A DNA stretch of 64,000 nucleotides from an uncultured Spirochaetota bacterium (GCA_963734495.1 CAVTHK010000011.1:352001-416000), one strand, 5' to 3'; counted from the first letter of the stretch, positions 10,275-20,740 are shown. The notes: generated from the letters alone by a model not told the origin. Program-made: numbers and translations.

Positions 10275-11040
10275 TCATCCGAATCTTCCCGTCACGTAGT
10301 CGTTGGTCCTCCCGTCGCTCGGGACGGTGAAGATCCGTTCGGTCGGCCCGTGCTCCACCAGTTCGCCCATCAGGAAGAAGGCGGTCGTGTCCGCCACCCG
10401 GCTCGCCTGCTTGGTGTTGTTGGTCACCAGGACGATCGTGTAGTCCTTCTTGAGCGCGAGGAGCGCCTCCTCGATGCGGGCGGTGGAGATGGGATCGAGG
10501 CCCGAGCAGGGCTCGTCCAGCAGGATCACCTCCGGCTCCATCGCCAGCACGCGGGCGAGGCAGAGCCGCTGCTGCTGCCCGCCGGAGAGCCGCAGCGCCG
10601 AGGAGGCCAGGCGGTCCTTGACCTCGTCCCAGAGAAAGGCCGCCCGAAGGCTCTTCTCCGCGATCTCGTCGAGATGCGCCCGCCCCCGGACCCGCGAGAG
10701 CCGCACGCCGTAGGTGACGTTGGCGAAGATGCTCATCGGCAGCGGCACCGGCAGCGCGAAGACCATGCCGACTCTCCTGCGCAGCGCCACCACATCGTAG
10801 CCTGGACCGTAGACGTCCTCGCCGTCGAGGAGGATCCGCCCCTCGATGCGGCTGTCGCTCGTTCGTCTCGTTCATGCGGTTGAGGGCGCGCAGGAACGTC
10901 GTCTTGCCCGAACCGGCCGGACCGATGATGCCCAGGATCCGGCGGTCCGCGACGTCCAGCGTGATGCCGCGGAGGGCGGCGACTCCGTCAAAGAACACGC
11001 TGAGGCTCTCGGCTCTGATCTTCGGCGGTGCCGCTTCCAT
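10275..11040 (-). CDS. pstB: PstB paralogue with degenerate Q-loop and H-loop; frameshift near 10855
   Basis: [58 protein letters not shown]. Confidence 0.88.
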
Positions 11041-11054
11041 CCGCGCTCCCTCAG

Positions 11055-11894
11055 TCACCTTGCCCGGCGCGCGATGAAGCGGTTCATCGCCCAGTACGTC
11101 GCCAGGTTGATCGCGAGGATCGAGATCACCAGCACGGCGGCCGTCGCGTACGCCTTCTCGGTGGAGATGCCTTCGCGCGCCAGGATGTAGAAGTGGACCG
11201 CCATCGTGCGGACGGGCTCGAACAACGAGGCTGGCATGTTGAGCGCCGAGCCGGCCGTGAAGATCACGGCCGCCGTCTCCCCGACCGCGCGCCCGACGCT
11301 CAGCATGACGCCGGTCACGATGCCCGGCGCGGCGTTGGGCAGGACGACCTTGAGCACCGTCTCCCAGCGGGTGGCGCCGAGCGAGAGGCTCACTTCGCGG
11401 TAGGAGTAGGGGACCGAGCGGATGGCCTCCTCGGACGTGCGGATGATGGTGGGAAGGACCATGATCGCCAGCGTGAACCCTCCGGAGAGCACCGACCAGC
11501 CCCAGCGGAGCGTGATCACGAAGAAGATGAATCCGAACAGCCCGAAGATGATCGACGGAATGCCCGCCAGGCAGTCCGTGCCGAAGCGGATGACCGCCGT
11601 GACGCGCGACTCGCGCGTGTACTCCGCGAGGTAGACCGCGGTGCCGACGCCGAGCGGCAGGGCCACGGCGATCGCAACGGCGGGGAGAATCACGGTGCCG
11701 ACGAGCGTCTGGAGGATGCCGCCCTGTCTCCCCATGTCGGAGCTGCGGGTCGAAAGGAACGCCCAGGTGACGCCCGGCAGGCCCTTCTGGAGAACGAACA
11801 GCACGAGGTATACGAGCACCGCCACGGTCAACGCCGTGGCGGCAGCCAGCAGGGCCACCGCGACACCTTGGGTAACGCGGGGCGATATTCTCAT
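11055..11894 (-). CDS. pstA: Phosphate ABC permease PstA, second system
   Basis: MRISPRVTQ start; AVYLAEY, LAGIPSIIFGLFG, GRAVGETAAVIFTAG. Confidence 0.92.
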   Translation of the reverse strand: MRISPRVTQGVAVALLAAATALTVAVLVYLVLFVLQKGLPGVTWAFLSTRSSDMGRQGGILQTLVGTVILPAVAIAVALPLGVGTAVYLAEYTRESRVTAVIRFGTDCLAGIPSIIFGLFGFIFFVITLRWGWSVLSGGFTLAIMVLPTIIRTSEEAIRSVPYSYREVSLSLGATRWETVLKVVLPNAAPGIVTGVMLSVGRAVGETAAVIFTAGSALNMPASLFEPVRTMAVHFYILAREGISTEKAYATAAVLVISILAINLATYWAMNRFIARRAR

Positions 11895-12782
11895 CGGCCG
11901 CCCGCCTTTCTGCGAATGGACCTGGTAGCCGCGAAGTTCAGCACGATGATCACGACCAGGAGCACGATGCCCGTGGCGAAGAGCGCCTGTCGGTGCAGCC
12001 CGATGGCGTAGCCCATCTCGAGGGCGATGTTCGCGGTGAGCGTCCGCACCGAGTCCAGCGGCGAGCCCGGCAGCCTGACCGCGTTGCCCGCCACCATGAT
12101 GACCGCCATCGTTTCGCCGACCGCGCGGCCCATGCCGAGGATGATGCCGGCGACGATCCCGCTGCGTGCCGCCTTGAGGATGACCATGTGCACCGCCTGC
12201 CAGGGCGTGGCTCCCAGCGCGAGAGCCCCCTCTCGGTAGCTGGCGGGCACGGCGCTGATGGCGTCCACCGAGATGCTCATGATCGTGGGCAGCACCATGA
12301 TGCCCAGGATCACCGCCGCGGCCAGGACCGAGAGCCCCGACCCTCCGAGGTGCACGCGGATCCACGGAACCAGCACCATCACGCCGATGAACCCGTAGAC
12401 CACCGAGGGGATGCCCGGCCAGCAGCTCTATCGTGGGCTTCAGGATCTTCATCACGCGCCGGGGAGCGAACTCGGTGAGGAAGACGGCGCCGGCTACGCC
12501 CAGAGGAGCCCCGATGAGCATCGCGCCGACGGTCACCCAGAGGGACGCGGCCACCATGGGAAGGATGCCGAAGGAGGGGGGCTTCGCGGCCGGCTGCCAC
12601 TTCGAGGAAAAGAGAAAGTCCCCGATGCCCACCTTCAAGAGGAACGGCAGGCCCTCGCTGAAGATGAAAGCCGCGATGAGGAGCAGGCCTCCCAGGGCCG
12701 AGAACGCGACGATACGAAGAGCGCCGCGGACGATCCTCTCGTTCCCCCGGGCGAGCTGCTGCGGTCTGCTGCGCTTCCTCAT
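11891..12782 (-). CDS. pstC: Phosphate ABC permease PstC, second system; frameshift near 12415
   Basis: FGILPM, IELLAG/IPSVVYG join, GMGRAVGETMAVIMVAGN. Confidence 0.9.
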
Positions 12783-12791
12783 GTCACTGCC

Positions 12792-13597
12792 TCATCGAGC
12801 CGGAAGCAGGCCGTCGTCCTTGATGATCTTCTGCCCTTCGGGACTCAGGACGAAGTCGATAAAGCGCGCGGCCGCCTCCGTGGGTTGGCCGCGGGTCAGC
12901 AGGTACACAGGGCGAACCAGCTTGTACCGTCCGGCCGTACACCTCCTCGATCGTGCCGGGCACGCCGTCGAGCGCAACCGGCCTGACCTTTTCGTTGACG
13001 ACTCCGAACGACAGGTAGCCGATCGCGTTGGGGTTGGTCGCAACCGTTTCGCGGATCGTGCCGTTGGAGTCCTGGATGATGGCGTCGCTGCTCAGACGCA
13101 CGTCGGTGACGATCTGCTCGAATGACGACCGTGTGCCGGAGCCGGCCTCCCGCGAAACGACGGTGATCGGCGCGTCGGGTCCGCCGAGAGCCTTCCAGTT
13201 GCGGATCTTCCCGTTGAAGACATCGCGCACCTGGGCCGTCGAAAGCCCATTGACCGGGTTCGACGGGTGGACCACGAGCGCGATTCCGTCCCGGGCGACG
13301 ACGACGGCGTTGAGCGCGCGCGCCTCTTCGGGGAGCACTACCATGTCGGCCATGCCGATCTGGGCGGCTCCGCTCAAGGCGGCCTGTATGCCCACGGCCG
13401 AGCCCCCGCCCTGAACCGCGATCGAGTAGCCGGGGTTGCGCTTGATGAACTCATCCGCGAGCTTTTCCGCAAACGGCAGAAACGCGGTCGAGCCCGCCGC
13501 GGTCGCGCTGTTCGCGCGCGGGCCGCAGCCGGCGATCGCGAGGGCGATGGCGCACGCCGCCAGCGCAAGCGCCCCGCGCTCGCATGCCCTTGCGCAT
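12792..13597 (-). CDS. pstS: Phosphate-binding lipoprotein PstS; frameshifts near 13575 and 12930
   Basis: Lipobox IAGC; AGSTAF, QGGGSAVG, SREAGSGTR, YKLVRP motifs; GAGAGG RBS before ATG 13597. Confidence 0.88.
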
Positions 13598-13618
13598 CCT
13601 CTCGCGCTCACGACCCGG

Positions 13619-13647
13619 AGCCTATCAGGTGCGCGCCGGTCGGACAA
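13619..13647 (-). promoter_or_regulatory. Putative sigma70 promoter for second pst operon
   Basis: Minus strand TTGTCC-17 nt-TAGGCT with TGn extended -10. Confidence 0.5.
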
Positions 13648-13659
13648 CCGGGCAAGCGC

Positions 13660-15754
13660 CTATTCCAGCGCGATCACCGCGACGTCGCGAGCGCCGGCCG
13701 TGAGCGTCACGACGCGGCCGTCGACCCCGGCCTCGGCGCCCCAGGGGCTTGCGGCCTTCTTGAAGGGGCCCCAGGCGCCCCCGAGCTCCAGGCGCACCGG
13801 CAGAGGCTTGCGCGCAGGGTTCGCGACCCAGAGGTAGGTGCCGCCCGCGCCTGCGTGGAGGCGCGCCTTGACGCGCGGCTCGCTCGAGCGCACGTGCTGC
13901 TGCCTGCCGGCGAACGCGAGCGCGTCGGCGAAGAGCTGCGGGCGACCGGTCGCCCGGGTGCTTCCCGTAGCCGTAGCCGCACATCGTGCCGACCAGGCGC
14001 GTGCGCCCCTTGCCGAAGTTGTTGTCCACCGCAGCGACGCGGCCGTCGTCGTAGGCGCCCACGGGGCGACCGGTCGTGGGCTCGTAGGCCTGCAGGAACA
14101 CGCCGCCGCGCGCGCGGGCTCCCGCGACGGCGAGCTTGAGGTCGGCGAGCAGGTCCGGCGTGAACTCGACGTAGCTCTCCCGCGCGCCGAAGAGCTCGTC
14201 GAGCCCCAGCCCCGGCTGCCGGACGCCCATGCGCCCCCGGTCGCCGAAATAGCCGGGGCACCCCTCAGCGAACAGGGTCCCGCCGGCTGCGACCCACTTC
14301 TTCAATGAGTCCGCGCTCGCTTGAGACAGCATCACAGGAAAGGGAAGGTAGATGAAGTCGTACTCCCCGATGTGGTCGATGCGCACCCAGTCGGCCTGCA
14401 CGTTCAGGTCGTAGAAGCCCTGATAGGCGCCCTCCAGCGAGCCGGCGAAGAAGTCGGTGCTGCCCGCTTGAGCGTAGTTGTGGATCTGCGTCTCGGGCAC
14501 GAACACGATGCCGACTTCGCCCTTCACGGGGCGCGACTGCCACAGCTTCACTTGAGCGGGCGCCGCGGCCCACTTGCCGACCGCGCTTGCCATCGCCGAG
14601 CGGTCGGTGCGCGAGCCGTCGTGGCCCCACGGCCCGAAGGCGCCGAAGAGCGGGCCGTCGAGGAGCGAGCGCCAGCGCAGGTACAGCAGCCCGCTCGCTC
14701 CGCCCATGAAGGAGACGAGGTCCCAGTAGCGGATGTCCTCGGCCGAGGCGATGCGGCCCTCGTCGCGCGGCTTGCCGATCACCTGCGGCTGCATCCACAG
14801 CGGGCCGCCGTACGCCTCGGCGTGCCAGAACGGCTTGCCGCGCGAGGCCGCGCGCACCAGGTCGATGGCGTGCGCCTGCTTCCACGGCTCGTCGCCGTGG
14901 CGCGAGGAGCCCCACGTGAGGCCGTAGCTCTCGACCTCGGCGGCCGCGCGCCAGTCGTCGGCCGCGATCGGGGCGAGCCCGTGCAGGCTCGCGGCAATCC
15001 CGTGCGCTGTGATCGCGCAGTCGGGGTCGACCGAGCGGATCGTCTCGACGCGCCAGCGCATCAGGGCGTACGCGTTGTCGACCCGGAACTCGAGCCAGTC
15101 GAAGCTGTCGGGATAGGGCCCGAGCTGGCGCGGGGGTACGACGTCCTCCCACTCGGCAAAGCCGGGGCGGTACCAGGCGTCGCCGAGCGCCTTCACACTG
15201 CCGTACTTCTTCCGGAGCCATTCGCGGAAGCGGGCGGCGGTGCCCGGGCACCAGCACTCGTCGCGGTGCATGTTGCACTCGTTCCAGACGTCGTAGCCGC
15301 CGAGGCCGGGGTGCCCCTTGTAGCGGCCTGCGAGCTGACGCAGGTAGTTGCCCGCGGCCTCGCGGAAATCGTCGTTGTCCAGGCAGAGCCCCTGGAACCC
15401 GCCGGTGGCGCAGCTTCCGCTCATGGTGCTGTAGCCCAGCGCTGCCGTCGCGCGACTCGGTGCGCGCGTGCGCGAACTTCCGGTAGGCCCATTCCGGGCG
15501 GGGCGAGGCACCACTCGGAGCAGATCGTCTTGATGCCGTTCTTCGCCGCCAGGTCGAGCTGCCGGTCCCAGGCGTCCCAGACGAACTTGCCCGGCGCCTG
15601 CTCTATGGTCGACCACATGAACCAGTGTCGGAAGATGTTGACCCCGTCCTCGCTCGCGGTCCTGTAGTCGCGCTCCCAGTCCTCCCGCGGCGGGTTCGAC
15701 CAGCGGAAGTAGACGGCGCCGTAGGGAAAGCGGGGAAGGTTCTTTGGCGGGCAT
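13660..15754 (-). CDS. GH42-like beta-galactosidase with trimerisation domain; several frameshifts (about 15730, 15420-15510, 13935)
   Basis: FPYGAVYFR, WSTIEQAPGKF, YDVWNE (acid/base), CWC, FREWLRKKYG, WHAEAYGG; GGAGG RBS. Confidence 0.82.
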
Positions 15755-15771
15755 GGCTCCTCCGAGCCGTC

Positions 15772-15801
15772 GTGATAGCACGCGCCTCTGCGCGGTGTAA
15801 A
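15772..15801 (-). promoter_or_regulatory. Putative promoter for GH42 gene
   Basis: Minus strand TTTACA-18 nt-TATCAC with TGn. Confidence 0.35.
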
Positions 15802-15836
15802 GCGGGGCATCAGCCGTGCACGGCGGATCGGCCCGC

Positions 15837-16138
15837 CTCAAGGCGGACGGCACTCTCCTCGCGTTCGGCGACAATACCCACGGGCAAGCTCGGAAACGGC
15901 ACGACCGCCGACATTCTGACCCCGAACCGCTCACGGCTCGCTGGGGGACGGATCGACGATGGACTCGCGAAGCCCGCGGTACGTGATGGACCGCGTTGCT
16001 TCCGTATCCTGCGGTTCCGAGCACGCGCTGATCCTGGGGACGGACGGCTCCCTATTGAGCTGCGGCAGCGACTGGTCGGGGCAGTTGGGAACCTCGAGGC
16101 CGCTCCTGGAGACGTCGCCGCAGAGATTCCTTTTCTGA
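15837..16138 (+). pseudogene. RCC1/BLIP-II-like repeat gene remnant
   Basis: Manual translation LKADGTLLAFGDNTHGQ/LGNGTT and VASVSCGSEHALILGTDGSLLSCGSDWSGQLG. Confidence 0.72.
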
Positions 16139-16382
16139 GCGGATCTCAACAGGCGCAAGCGCAACTGGGAGCTCCTCTTCGATTCCCCGGACGGCCGTCG
16201 GGACACCCGGGCTGTCATGGATCACACGAGCCGTCAACGAACGAGGGGATCCCCTTTCGTTCGCGGCCCCGCCCGGGCCGGCATGCGGATCGCCCTTCCC
16301 CGCGGACAACAGCTGTGGTACGCTCACCTGTCCGGAGAGCCGCGTCTTTCCGGGAGTCCAAGCGAGAGGCCCGCCGAGTACA

Positions 16383-16444
16383 GGGGCTGGGGACCTGGCG
16401 AGCCCCTCGAGGACAGGGGTCTACGAGACGCCAGGTCATAGGAG
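16383..16444 (+). promoter_or_regulatory. Candidate cis-acting hairpin motif, copy 2 (expanded loop)
   Basis: GGGGCTGGG-GACCTGGCG-[28 nt]-CGCCAGGTC-ATAGGAG. Confidence 0.45.
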
Positions 16445-16450
16445 GATTCG

Positions 16451-18457
16451 ATGAGGAGACTCATTGCGGGGCTCGTTCTGGTCCTACTCGGGGTTACCGC
16501 CTTCGCGGGAGGCACAGGCGAGGCGACAAAGCCGGCCGGGGTGCAGCCCGGCGTGACGCCGCAGGCCCAGCCGGAGCCGGTCAAGGCCCCGGCCAAATAC
16601 CATGAGGCGCCGGCCCTGGCCGCGCTTGTCAAAGCGGGCAAGCTGCCGCCAGTCGAGCAGCGCCTGCCCGAGAACCCGATCGTCGTAAAACCTGTCGAGA
16701 GGGTCGGCAAGTACGGCGGCGACTGGCGCCTGGCCAACATCGGCGCGAACCTGACCCACTTCGACCGCTACCTCGGCTACGAGGGGCTGATTCGCTGGAG
16801 CCCCGGCTGGCAGGGCATCGAGCCGAACCTGGCGGAGCGCTGGACCGTGAACGACGCGGGCAACGAGTTCACCTTCTACCTGCGCAGGGGCGTCAAGTGG
16901 TCGGACGGCGTGCCGTGGAACGCGGACGACATCATGTTCTGGTACGAAGGGATCCTGCTGAACAAGCAGCTCACTCCGGCGATCCCGAGCTGGCTGCGCC
17001 AGGGCGACAAGCCGGTCGTCGTGAGCAGGATCGACGACTACACGGTCAAGTTCACCTTCGTCCAGCCCAACGGCCTGTTCCTCTTCAACCTCGCGGCCGT
17101 CGGCGGGACCCAGACCGTCGGCACCTACTGGGCCAAGCACTACTACGCGCAGTTCCATCCGCAGTACGCGGGCCAGGAGGCGGTGGACAAGCTCGTGAAG
17201 GAAGCGGGCGTCGGCGACTGGGTCAAGCTGATGGGCTCCAAGGGCGGCCCGGGCGGCGACTACTGGCGCAACAGCGAGAAGCCGGTGCTGCACGCCTGGA
17301 AGCTCACGCTGGCCCCCGGTGAGAAGGGCGCCACCGACCAGGCAATCGCCGAGAGGAACCCCTACTATTTCAAGGTCGACCCGCAGGGCAACCAGCTCCC
17401 CTATCTCGACCGCGTCGTGATCTACATGCTCAGCGACGAGCAGGTGCTGGTTCTCAAGATCCTCAACGGCGAGATCGACATGATGGACCAGTTCATCGCG
17501 ACCGCCGCGAACAAACCGGTCTTCTACGACAACCAGGCCAAGGGCGGCTACCACTTCTTCGAGACGACGCCCACGCTGACCAACACGGCCTTCATCCAGC
17601 TCAACCTCAACCACTCCGACCTGATCAAGCGGAAGATCTTCAACGACAAGAACTTCCGCATCGGGCTCTCGTATGCGATCAACCGCAAGGAGATCATCGA
17701 GCTCGGCTTCGGCGGCCTGGGGCAGCCGCACCAGGGTGCGCCGCGGCCCGACTCACCGTTCTGGCACGAGAGGCTCGCCAAACAGTACACCGAGTACGAC
17801 GTCGCCAAGGCGAACGAGTACCTGGACAAGGCGCTTCCGAACAAGGATGCGCAGGGCTTCCGCCTGCAGCCGGACGGGAAGCGCCTCGTGATCACGTTCG
17901 AGGTGGACAAGAACCGGCCTGAGTTCGCCGAGGTCTTCGACCTGGTGCCCAAGTACTGGGCCAAGGTTGGCGTCGAGGCGGTGATGAAGCCCATGGACCG
18001 CACGCTCTGGGAGGTGCGGGTGCGCCAGCAGATCGACTACGACGCCTCGATCCACCGCTTCGGCGGCGGGGCGGGGCTCACCGTGCTCACGGACCCGCGC
18101 TACTATTTCCCCTTCAACAACAACTCATTGTTCGCGCCGGCGTGGGCGCTGTGGTACGTCAACCCGAGCGGCAAGGGCGCGCCGTATCCGCCCCAGGAGC
18201 CGCCGGCGCCGGTCAGGAAGCAGATGGAGCTCTACGACCAGATCAAGGTGACGCCGGATTTCGAGAAGCAGAAGGAGCTGATGAAGCAGATCCTCGACAT
18301 CGCGGCGGACGAGTTCTACGGGATCGGGATCAGCACGGAGCCCAGCAGCTACGGAATCGTGAAGAACAACTTCAAGAACGTGCCCAAGTCGATGCCGTGG
18401 TCCTGGGACTATCCGCACCCGGCACCGGACAACCCCTGCCAGTTCTTCAAGGAGTAG
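16451..18457 (+). CDS. Family-5 (OppA/DppA-like) substrate-binding protein, probably oligosaccharide-binding
   Basis: FAGGTGE signal; GKLPPVEQRLPENP, GKYGG, GVKWSDG, RNPYYFKVDPQGNQLPYLD. Confidence 0.93.
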   Translation: MRRLIAGLVLVLLGVTAFAGGTGEATKPAGVQPGVTPQAQPEPVKAPAKYHEAPALAALVKAGKLPPVEQRLPENPIVVKPVERVGKYGGDWRLANIGANLTHFDRYLGYEGLIRWSPGWQGIEPNLAERWTVNDAGNEFTFYLRRGVKWSDGVPWNADDIMFWYEGILLNKQLTPAIPSWLRQGDKPVVVSRIDDYTVKFTFVQPNGLFLFNLAAVGGTQTVGTYWAKHYYAQFHPQYAGQEAVDKLVKEAGVGDWVKLMGSKGGPGGDYWRNSEKPVLHAWKLTLAPGEKGATDQAIAERNPYYFKVDPQGNQLPYLDRVVIYMLSDEQVLVLKILNGEIDMMDQFIATAANKPVFYDNQAKGGYHFFETTPTLTNTAFIQLNLNHSDLIKRKIFNDKNFRIGLSYAINRKEIIELGFGGLGQPHQGAPRPDSPFWHERLAKQYTEYDVAKANEYLDKALPNKDAQGFRLQPDGKRLVITFEVDKNRPEFAEVFDLVPKYWAKVGVEAVMKPMDRTLWEVRVRQQIDYDASIHRFGGGAGLTVLTDPRYYFPFNNNSLFAPAWALWYVNPSGKGAPYPPQEPPAPVRKQMELYDQIKVTPDFEKQKELMKQILDIAADEFYGIGISTEPSSYGIVKNNFKNVPKSMPWSWDYPHPAPDNPCQFFKE

Positions 18458-18537
18458 GACAGAGAGAGACGGGACACGAGCGGGCTCCGCGGCAACGCGG
18501 GGCCCTCCTCTCATTTTGAGCGACGGAGACTCCCCTG

Positions 18538-19524
18538 ATGCTCAAGTACATCGCGCGGCGTATCCTCTACATGATCCCGACGCTGCTCGTGATCTCGATC
18601 GTGACGTTCGTCATCATCCAGCTCCCCCCAGGCGATTTCCTCACGTCGCTGGCGGCCACGCTTTCCTCGCAGGGAGTCGAGATCGAGCGCGGCCAGCTCG
18701 AGCTGCTCAAGAGCCAGTACGGGCTCGACCAGCCGTTCGCCGTTCAGTACTTCAAGTGGATCTCGGGCATCCTCCTGCGTGGCGACTTCGGGTTCTCGTT
18801 CCAGTGGAACCAGTCGGTGGGACGCCTGATCTGGGGCCAGCTCGGCCTCACCGTGGTGCTCTCGGTCGCCACGCTGCTCTTTATCTGGATCATCGCGTTC
18901 CCCATAGGGATCTATTCGGCGGTCCGCAAGTACTCGGCGGGCGACTACGTGGCCACGTTCTTCGGCTTCATCGGGCTGGCCACCCCGAGCTTCCTGTTCG
19001 CCCTCGTGCTCATGTACGTGTGGTTCGCCTGGTTCGGCCAGAGCGTGGGAGGGCTGTTCTCGCCGGAGTACAGCGATGCGCCCTTCAGCCTGGCCAAGGC
19101 CTGGGACTTCCTCAAGCACCTGGTCGTGCCGATGATCGTGCTCGGCACGGGCGGCGCCGCCTCGCTGATCCGCATCATGCGGGCCAATCTCCTCGACGAG
19201 CTCTCCAAACCCTACGTGGTGACGGGCCGGGCCAAGGGGCTCAAGGAGTTCCGCCTGCTGATGAAGTACCCGGTGCGCGCGGCGTTGAACCCGTTCGTGA
19301 GCACCGTCGGGTGGTACCTGCCCACCCTGGTCTCGGGCGCCACGGTGGTCGCGATCGTGCTGAGCCTGCCGACCACGGGGCCGCTGCTCTACCAGGCGCT
19401 GGTCTCGCAGGACATGTACCTGGCCGGGAGCTTTCTGCTGATGCTCAGCACGCTCACGGTCATCGGGACGTTGATCTCGGATATCCTGCTCGCGGCCCTC
19501 GATCCGAGGATCCGCCTGGGGTAG
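18538..19524 (+). CDS. OppB/DppB-like ABC permease
   Basis: IIQLPPGD, YGLDQP, GDFGFS, RANLLDEL...RAKGL. Confidence 0.93.
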   Translation: MLKYIARRILYMIPTLLVISIVTFVIIQLPPGDFLTSLAATLSSQGVEIERGQLELLKSQYGLDQPFAVQYFKWISGILLRGDFGFSFQWNQSVGRLIWGQLGLTVVLSVATLLFIWIIAFPIGIYSAVRKYSAGDYVATFFGFIGLATPSFLFALVLMYVWFAWFGQSVGGLFSPEYSDAPFSLAKAWDFLKHLVVPMIVLGTGGAASLIRIMRANLLDELSKPYVVTGRAKGLKEFRLLMKYPVRAALNPFVSTVGWYLPTLVSGATVVAIVLSLPTTGPLLYQALVSQDMYLAGSFLLMLSTLTVIGTLISDILLAALDPRIRLG

Positions 19525-19549
19525 GCGGGGTGACCCGCAGGAGCGTGTC

Positions 19550-20740
19550 ATGTCGGACCCCTTTGTGACCGCCCCCGCCACACCGCCGACGGCGCCGGCG
19601 CCGGTCCCGCGCGTCGGCGCCCCCCTCGAGACGCTCGAGGGCGAATCGCGCGTCGAGGTCGCGGGGCAGTGGCAGCTCATGTGGTGGCGCTTCCGCAAGC
19701 ACAAGCTCGCGCTGGCGGGCGCCGTGGTGACACTGCTGGTCTACCTGATCGCGGTGTTCGCAGAGCCTCTGGCCCCGTTCACCACGGAACGCTACCTTGC
19801 AGACTATCCGTACGCGCCCCCGCAACGCTTGAGGTTCTTCCAAAAGAGCGCGCAGGGAGCCCGCTGGAACCCGCACGTCTACGGCTACACGCGCAGGCGG
19901 CACCCCGTCTCGCTCAAGATCGAGATCAAGCCCGACCCGTCGGTGATCATTCCGGTGCGCTTCTTCGCGAAGGGCGAGCCTTACCAGCTCTGGAACCTGA
20001 TCCCGATGAGGCGCCACCTGGTGACGCCGGCCGACCTCGACGCGCCGATGTACCTGATGGGCTCCGATCGGCTCGGCCGCGACATCCTCTCGCGCACGAT
20101 CTACGGGGCGCGGGTGTCCATGTCGATCGGCCTCGTGGGCGTGATCCTGAGCCTGTTCCTGGGCGTGCTGCTCGGGGGCATTTCCGGCTACTACGGCGGC
20201 ACCGTCGACGACATCATCCAGCGCGTGATCGAGTTCCTGCGCTCGATCCCCTACATTCCGCTCTGGATGGGCCTGGCCGCGGCGATCCCGCTCACCTGGC
20301 CGCCGCTGCGGGTCTACTTCGCGATCACGGTGATCCTGTCGATCGTCGGCTGGACCGCGCTCGGCCGCGAGGTGCGCGGCCGCTTCGCCGCTCTGCGGCA
20401 CGAGGACTTCGTGACCGCGGCCCGGCTCGACGGCTGCTCGGAAATGCGGGTGATCTTCCACCACATGGTGCCGTCCGCGACGAGCCACATCATCGCGCGC
20501 GTGACGCTGGCCATCCCGCAGATGATCATCAGCGAGACGTCTCTCTCGTTTCTGGGCATCGGGCTGCGACCGCCGGTCGTGAGCTGGGGCGTGCTCCTGC
20601 AGGACGCGCAGAACATCCGCTCGGTGGCCACCGCTCCCTGGCTGCTCTTCGCCCCGGCGGTGGCGGTGATCCTGATAGTGCTCGCGATGAACTTTCTCGG
20701 CGACGGGCTGCGCGACGCCGCGGACCCGTACGGGACATAG
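19550..20740 (+). CDS. OppC/DppC-like ABC permease
   Basis: WRFRKHKLA, GSDRLGRDILSR, ETSLSFLGIG, GDGLRDAADP. Confidence 0.93.
   Translation: MSDPFVTAPATPPTAPAPVPRVGAPLETLEGESRVEVAGQWQLMWWRFRKHKLALAGAVVTLLVYLIAVFAEPLAPFTTERYLADYPYAPPQRLRFFQKSAQGARWNPHVYGYTRRRHPVSLKIEIKPDPSVIIPVRFFAKGEPYQLWNLIPMRRHLVTPADLDAPMYLMGSDRLGRDILSRTIYGARVSMSIGLVGVILSLFLGVLLGGISGYYGGTVDDIIQRVIEFLRSIPYIPLWMGLAAAIPLTWPPLRVYFAITVILSIVGWTALGREVRGRFAALRHEDFVTAARLDGCSEMRVIFHHMVPSATSHIIARVTLAIPQMIISETSLSFLGIGLRPPVVSWGVLLQDAQNIRSVATAPWLLFAPAVAVILIVLAMNFLGDGLRDAADPYGT

Noticed and set aside
11055-12782. Apparent 575-aa PstC-PstA fusion
   Set aside because: Produced by the frameshift near 12415; the real PstC C-terminus is in ORF 11891-12403 and PstA has its own ATG at 11894.
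13598-13660. Obligatory co-transcription of the GH42 gene with the second pst operon
   Set aside because: A plausible dedicated promoter (TTGTCC-17-TAGGCT) fits in the short gap, so functional coupling is unsupported.
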